Assembly (NCBI RefSeq): GCF_006345805.1
Contig: NW_021825881.1
Location: forward strand, 1 to 14,018
Reading direction: 5' to 3'
DNA from: Octopus sinensis
Taxonomy: Eukaryota
Length of the DNA stretch: 14,018 nt
In this document: positions 8,498 through 14,018 of the stretch, one piece after another
Layout of the letters: the number at the start of each line of letters is the position of its first letter
How positions within the stretch are numbered: position 1 is the stretch's first letter
Notes under the pieces: model-generated
Told to the model about the DNA's origin: nothing
Databases searched by the model: none
Seen by the model: the letters and a program-made list of their open reading frames with translations, nothing else
Program-made: the position numbers and the translations under genes

Positions 8498-8645
8498 TTA
8501 AAATTATAATTTAGGGTATCTATGAGATACCACCACGCTGGAAATAGCAGTCAAAACTTGACTCTGAATGTGGTTTTAGAGTCAAGTTTTGACTGCTATT
8601 TCCAGCATGGTGGTATCTCTTAGCTGCCCTAAATAATAATTTTAA
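8498..8645. repeat. Long inverted repeat / hairpin (68-bp arms, 12-nt spacer)
   Basis: 8498-8565 versus the reverse complement of 8578-8645: 63/68 identical by manual comparison, no indels. Confidence 0.95.
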
Positions 8646-9600
8646 CATATATATATACATATATATATTACATTCTGGTATACACATTGTAGTATGCTGT
8701 TTAAAGCCCGTTCACAAAACACTCGTGAATTCCACTTTTCTTCCTTCGTGTGTGTGTATGTGTGCGCGAGCAAGCGCACTATAGTTATTTATATAGAATA
8801 GTATTCAGGTATACGGTATATATACACACGAACATATATGAGTGTGTGTACACTATGTAGTTAGTTATTCATATAAAATAGTTATGATATATATATATAC
8901 ACACACACCTTTATTTTTGTGTTTGTGTCTATTATGTATGCATAATAAATGTCTGAACACATCTAAATGTATATTTATCTGCATTTCTCAATATATATAG
9001 CTTTGTGTATCTCATATATACTTGTACGTCTATCTTAAACGCACAAACACATATAATATTCATATATATATTTATCAGAGAATGTTTATTTTACAATAAC
9101 CGTCGCGAATTTATCTCAGATCTTGTGCTTTTCAAACATTATCTCTCTCTCTCTCTCTCCTCTGTTTTGCCATATTTTACCCAAACTACGCTGATTTGCT
9201 TATCTTTTGGGGCAACGAAAGATTAAAATGGGAAATTAAACTTTTCGACATAGCAACTTCCTTCGTCTCGGAAGTGTAACTTTTGAATCGTAATCCTTGC
9301 CTAGAGGATTAACGGGCAGGAAAAAAAAAAAAAAGTTAGCTGGTAGCTTCTTAAGGTTTGTGAACATTGGGAGCTGTTTTCATTAATCTGGAGTCTTAAT
9401 TATTTCGTTTTTAGCTTGTGTGTGTGTTGGCAGACACTCTCACTTCGGTGTGTGCACGTAATATATGCCTATATATACATTCAAATTTTTATACATGATT
9501 TTTATAGATATTTGTGTCTTCCATACGCGTAGTAAATATATATTGACACACACACACACACAAACGTATGTTACATAGTAAATATATTGTTATACGCAGT

Positions 9601-9644
9601 TCAAGGCGGTGCCCCAGCATGGCCACAGTCTAATGACTGAAACA

Positions 9645-9645
<1 letters not shown>
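9601..9645 (+). mobile_element. SINE family A / LINE-type 3' tail only
   Basis: AAGGCGGTGCCCCAGCATGGCCACAGTCTAATGACTGAAACAA matches the tails at ~3199-3241 and ~12437-12477. Confidence 0.85.
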
Positions 9646-9675
<30 letters not shown>

Positions 9676-9797
9676 CGTATATATAGATATTATATATTGA
9701 TATATGCGTACACTAAATTTTATACACGTTTTAAACGTTGGTATGTATGTTGATTTTGACGATGTGTGGTCTGTTTCACTCATTCAATCGTCTATTT

Positions 9798-9822
9798 AAT
9801 AATAATAATAATAATAATAATA
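9798..9822. repeat. (AAT)n microsatellite
   Basis: Direct reading. Confidence 0.95.
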
Positions 9823-9879
9823 AAGATTGGATGGTTGTGTATTCCAGGGACACGTCTATCCTCAAAATTTATTCCCCAG

Positions 9880-10003
9880 GTAGAGTCAACATCACAAAGT
9901 GTGTGCGGCTATGTTGGATCCTTTGAACTACAGGCACACAATGCGAAACATTTGTCCCCAAATCGGTTACCCTGTATAATCGAACCCGGGACCTCATAAT
10001 TAC
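9880..10003 (-). mobile_element. Possible degenerate tRNA-SINE remnant
   Basis: B-box-like CCCGGGTTCGATT on the minus strand (~9978-9990); the rest is only weakly familiar. Confidence 0.3.
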
Positions 10004-10334
10004 GGACGTTTTTTTCTCTTTTACACACACACACGACCTTCATTAAATGCCCAACATCGGCCATGGTAGAGAATAAATATCTAAGCGTTTGATATATAAA
10101 CTCGTATATCTGTGAATATGTATTTGTGTGTTCCGTTTATATATAACACGTCATACACGTACGCGCACTTTTAGATTATATTTGTGTCTTCCATTAATTA
10201 GTCCCAGGTCATTTTGATAAATTTTTGGTTGAGAAAATTCGATTAGGCTTTCCAAACATAGCCATCACGTCTTTATAGATTTATCTAAGAATTAACATTG
10301 TTGTTCTTATTTTCTGAAAATCCATTTATCAGTT

Positions 10335-10370
10335 TGTGTGTGTGTGTGTGTATATATGTATGTATGTATG

Positions 10371-10440
<70 letters not shown>

Positions 10441-10464
10441 CACACACACACACACACACACACA
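10335..10464. repeat. Compound (TG)n(TATG)n(TATC)n(CA)n microsatellite
   Basis: Direct reading; gives the YLSI repeats in the ORF track. Confidence 0.97.
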
Positions 10465-11003
10465 ACACGCTCACCTGTATGTATATATACACAACACCTG
10501 TATGTATGTATATCTACCGTATTTATTCGCACTGTTATATATTAGATTTTTAAGTGAAAAAACTAGGGTGTGACATACACGAAGCAAAGCCAAAATTAAG
10601 AAAGGGGGGGGGGAAACTTGAACCAAAATTTAACACTAAATTAGGAGCGCAATTAAATAAGGTGTGTGTGCACACACACTCGCGCACTCACAGCAAGTAC
10701 CAGAGTCGTTGCACAATTACTCTGCGTGTAATTGTGTATATATTTTATATATGAACATGTGTGTGCGGGAATAAATAAGCGTGTGTGTGTATCATTGATT
10801 TCTGTTCATAAATGTTTGGATATATTAAAAACTATGCAAATACACACACGCACTTTAAATATATAAATTTTTATCTCGTACATAGATATTTATTGTATAT
10901 TTATAATTCGTCTATCTTTTACAGTGTCTATCTTTTATTTTGTCCAATGTTACATATCGTTTCCCTTTTTATCCGAAAAGATACATTTTTCTGGAAATTA
11001 TAC

Positions 11004-11294
11004 AGGTGTGGCTGTGGTAAAAAATTTCGTTTCCAAACCACATGGTTCCGGGTTCAGTCCCACTGCGTGTCACCTTATACTTTTACCTCGGGTCGGCCGA
11101 AGCTCTGTACGTAGATTTGGTAGACAGGAAAAAGCCCGTCGTGTGTGGGTGTCTGTTTGTCCCCGTACCATAGCGGTTCAGCAACAGATACCGATAGAAT
11201 AAGTACAGGGGTTGATTCAATCGACTAAAATTCCTCCAGGTTGTGCCCCAGCATGGCCGCAATACAATGATAAACAAGTAAAAGAACAAAAGAA
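11004..11294 (+). mobile_element. SINE family A, diverged copy with internal deletions
   Basis: AGGTGTGGCTGTGGTAA...CCACATGGTTCCGGGTTCAGTCCCACTGCGTG...TTTGGTAGAC...CCGATAGAATAAGTAC...GTGCCCCAGCATGGCCGCAA...AAACAAGTAAAAGAA. Confidence 0.88.
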
Positions 11295-11590
11295 TTACCC
11301 GTGTGTGCGTATGTGTATAAGATGTTTGCGTTGCGTTCGTTGCTTTATTCGTTTTCCTCGAGTCGATGCGCCAAACATGGCATTAGCCACAATGGTTAAA
11401 ACAATCTGTAGAAAGAAAGAAAGGAACCGGGCAAGCAAAACTTAAGCCGATCATCATAAAAGAACTCTGTGAGAAACAGAACAGATGGAATCTATAAACA
11501 TACCATTATGTTGAAGAAAACTGAAATAATAAATATCTTTGAAAATATTTTGGCTGGGCATTAGTCGACTACTCAGATGTGAGTATACTG

Positions 11591-11775
11591 CTGTTGTTTA
11601 GTTCAAGGAGAGTGCTCATTGAGCACACATATATGATCAAAATGGTTCCAACCACGACCATCACTCATTGTTTTCATGATTACTGTATTCTGCACTATAA
11701 AGGTCACCCGTATTATGGAATATATAGATATATTTTTAAGACTATTATGACGGACATTTGGCTGCTATTTCTAGC
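11591..11775. mobile_element. Old interspersed repeat family D, copy 1
   Basis: Shares ordered motifs CTGTTGTT / TTCCA.CCA.GACCATC / TTATGA.GGA.A.TTTGG.TGC.AT.TCTAGC with the adjacent 11800-11960. Confidence 0.55.
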
Positions 11776-11799
11776 TTTTACGTTTCTCGTTTGTGTTAA

Positions 11800-11960
11800 C
11801 TGTTGTTGCTGTATCGACTCTGGTCATCTCTAACAGGCATTCCAGCCATGACCATCGTGTCTTTTTAGAGATTAGATTAATCTACATTCTCCAACTTGTC
11901 CTGTTTTAGATACAGTAAGTTATGTTATGAGGGAGAGTTTGGTTGCCATATCTAGCAGGT
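11800..11960. mobile_element. Old interspersed repeat family D, copy 2
   Basis: Same ordered motifs as 11591-11775; related reverse-orientation fragments at ~8139-8290. Confidence 0.55.
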
Positions 11961-12032
11961 CAGTCAAATAAAATATATTTCCTCTCAATGACGTCTAACG
12001 CCATATTACTTTTAGGGTCACAAAATTGCATT

Positions 12033-12061
12033 ATCATCATCATCATCATCATCATCATCAT
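12033..12061. repeat. (ATC)n microsatellite
   Basis: Direct reading. Confidence 0.95.
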
Positions 12062-12105
12062 GTGTTGTGGGTCACTTCGTAATTATATGTAAACAACTCA
12101 ATATA

Positions 12106-12478
12106 GGTGCGGGCGTGGCTACGTGGTAAGAAGCTTACTTCCCAACCACATGGTTCCGAGTTCAGACCCACAGCGTGGTACATTGGGACAAGTCTTGTAC
12201 TATAGCTTCGGACCGCTCAAAGCCTTGTGGATGGATTTAGTAGACGGAAACTGAAAGAAGCCCGTCATATATGTATAGTGTGTGTATGTTTGTGTCTGTT
12301 CCACCACCACTTGGCGATCAGTGTTGCTTTGTTTACGTCCCAGTAAGCTTGCGGTTCGACAAAAGAGTCCGATTGAATAAGTACCAGTCTTGAAAAAGTA
12401 TGTACTGGTGTCGATTCGTCCGAATGAAAATTCATAAAGGCGGTGCCCCAGCATGGCCACAGTCTAATGACCGAAACT
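12106..12478 (+). mobile_element. SINE family A, full-length diverged copy
   Basis: Colinear with 2867-3257 from GGTGCGGGCGTGGCTACGTGGTAAG to AAGGCGGTGCCCCAGCATGGCCACAGTCTAATGACCGAAAC. Confidence 0.9.
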
Positions 12479-12937
12479 TGGAGTTTTCTGTCATAGTAAC
12501 GAGAAGCGTTTTCTGTCTCAGAGAAAATAATAAATTGATGTGATGATGACAATAACAGCATTAATTAATAATTAATGATAAATGATGGTTAATTCCTTAG
12601 GAGAAATGAGGATGGTGGGGAAGGAATCTGTGTCAACTCAGAATGTTATTCCTGTTTTTTTTTTTTTTTTTTTTGTAGAAATGTCGATATATGGGTCAGT
12701 ATGAAAAAAAAAACGGGAACTAAGCAAATATGGCATTTATTATTACTGAAAACCCTCATCTGTTGCCCTTGTGGCAAATAAAAATAATTTATAAACGAAC
12801 GGGCTAATATATTAAACTTGTATTTTAGGTCCATCTTCTTAACATTTTGAGTTCAAATCTCAGAGATTTGCCAATTTTGGGATTATACTAGATTAAGAGT
12901 AAACCTACATTGGTTTCGCTAATAGAATAATTTGAGC

Positions 12938-13143
12938 CTTTCTACTATAGGTAAGAGGGCCTGAAATTTTGGGAGAAGGGGCTAGTCGATTTCATCGATC
13001 CCAGTATTCAATTGGTATTCAATTTATCGAACCGCCGATAGGAAGAAAAGCGATGTCAACATTAGCGTTATTTAAACTTAGAACCGAAAGACGGATGAAA
13101 TGCCGCTAAGCATTTGGTCCGGCGATTGTGCCAGCTCGCTGCC
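12938..13143 (-). mobile_element. SINE family B-related, older copy with a different 3' segment
   Basis: Plus strand ends ATGCCGCTAAGCATTT...TGCCAGCTCGCTGCC (head, reversed); AGTCGATTTCATCGATCCCAGT...TGGTATTCAATTTATCGA matches the B core; the tail-side segment AGGGCCTGAAATTTTGGGAGAAGGGG differs from other B copies. Confidence 0.8.
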
Positions 13144-13932
13144 TTAAGAATAAGAAATGATAGAAGAAAATTTATCGTTATTGAATTTGAACTTGAAAAA
13201 CTAGATTAATATCGCGAGTCGTTTTCTGTGGCCAGAGTAAATCTGCCGCTGAAATTTCTAAATTTATAAAAGTAATTTAGAAAAACAGCCCAAGTAAATA
13301 AATATATATATAATTATTGTTTGAGGGAACATAAATCCAAACTTACAGGAAAAAAAAATTCAAATTAGAAATACTAAGTGAGATTTCACACAATATCATA
13401 TATAATTATGTAATTTAATTGTTCATTTTGAATTGATAAAAGGTGTTTTTTTTTTCTAATTATATATATATATATATATATATATCGTCGGACAATGTCT
13501 TACTTGGCTGAAACTTCGAAGTCACTGTCAGTGTTTACGAATAATACTTTTTTATTATACAAAAGTATAGATTAACCTCTCTGATTAATGTGAAATTGTT
13601 TTTATTATAGCAGGATATAAAAATAAACGCGTGTAAGTGCTTGTATTTTAATAATATTTTATACACACATTACATGTATGTGTGCGTACGTTAGTATGTA
13701 TACACATATACATACATATATACAAAAGAGTTTTTCAACCAAATATTTACATGCTGTTATTTATAGCTTTTTGTTTTGTGTACCTACTTCGAAATATTCC
13801 ATACCAGAAAAAAAAACAAAAAAACAATTATCTATCGTCCTCTTGAAAGATTCTAAAATTCCTATGACGTTAACAATGCATGTCCCAGATTTTGGTAATT
13901 TACAACAACACCAACACCACCAACACCTAAAA

Positions 13933-14018
13933 CTATTCCTCTTCCAACTTAATATTCCTCAGATTCTTCCAAATAGTCTCTCCTAATTCTTTGTATACTT
14001 CCAAATTTTCCAATTCAT
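13933..14018 (-). CDS. Possible 3'-terminal coding exon fragment of an unidentified gene (runs off the window)
   Basis: Minus frame from 14016: ELENLEVYKELGETIWKNLRNIKLEEE* (TAG at 13935-13933). Non-repetitive, helix-like composition; AATAAA on the minus strand at 13606-13601 and 13556-13551. Only 27 codons and no recognised homologue. Confidence 0.3.
   Translation of the reverse strand, partial: ELENLEVYKELGETIWKNLRNIKLEEE

Overview
AT-rich, microsatellite-dense, essentially non-coding eukaryotic DNA (intron or intergenic). The repeat families look like those I recall from octopus/cephalopod genomes; this is an inference and was not checked against a database. Nearly all ORF-track entries are translations of (TA)n/(CA)n/(TATC)n tracts or of SINEs. 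Supported content: (1) a decayed Helitron Pif1-helicase C-terminus near the start; (2) two tandem copies of a small repeat carrying a minimal type-I hammerhead-ribozyme-like motif on the minus strand; (3) several copies of two tRNA-derived SINE families, one copy being a head-to-tail dimer; (4) a 5'-truncated CR1/L2-like LINE 3' end that shares its tail with one SINE family; (5) a 418-bp MITE with perfect 29-bp TIRs and an unusually long exact 15-bp flanking duplication; (6) a 68-bp-arm near-perfect inverted repeat; (7) a possible terminal coding exon entering from the right edge on the minus strand. No complete protein-coding gene can be supported.
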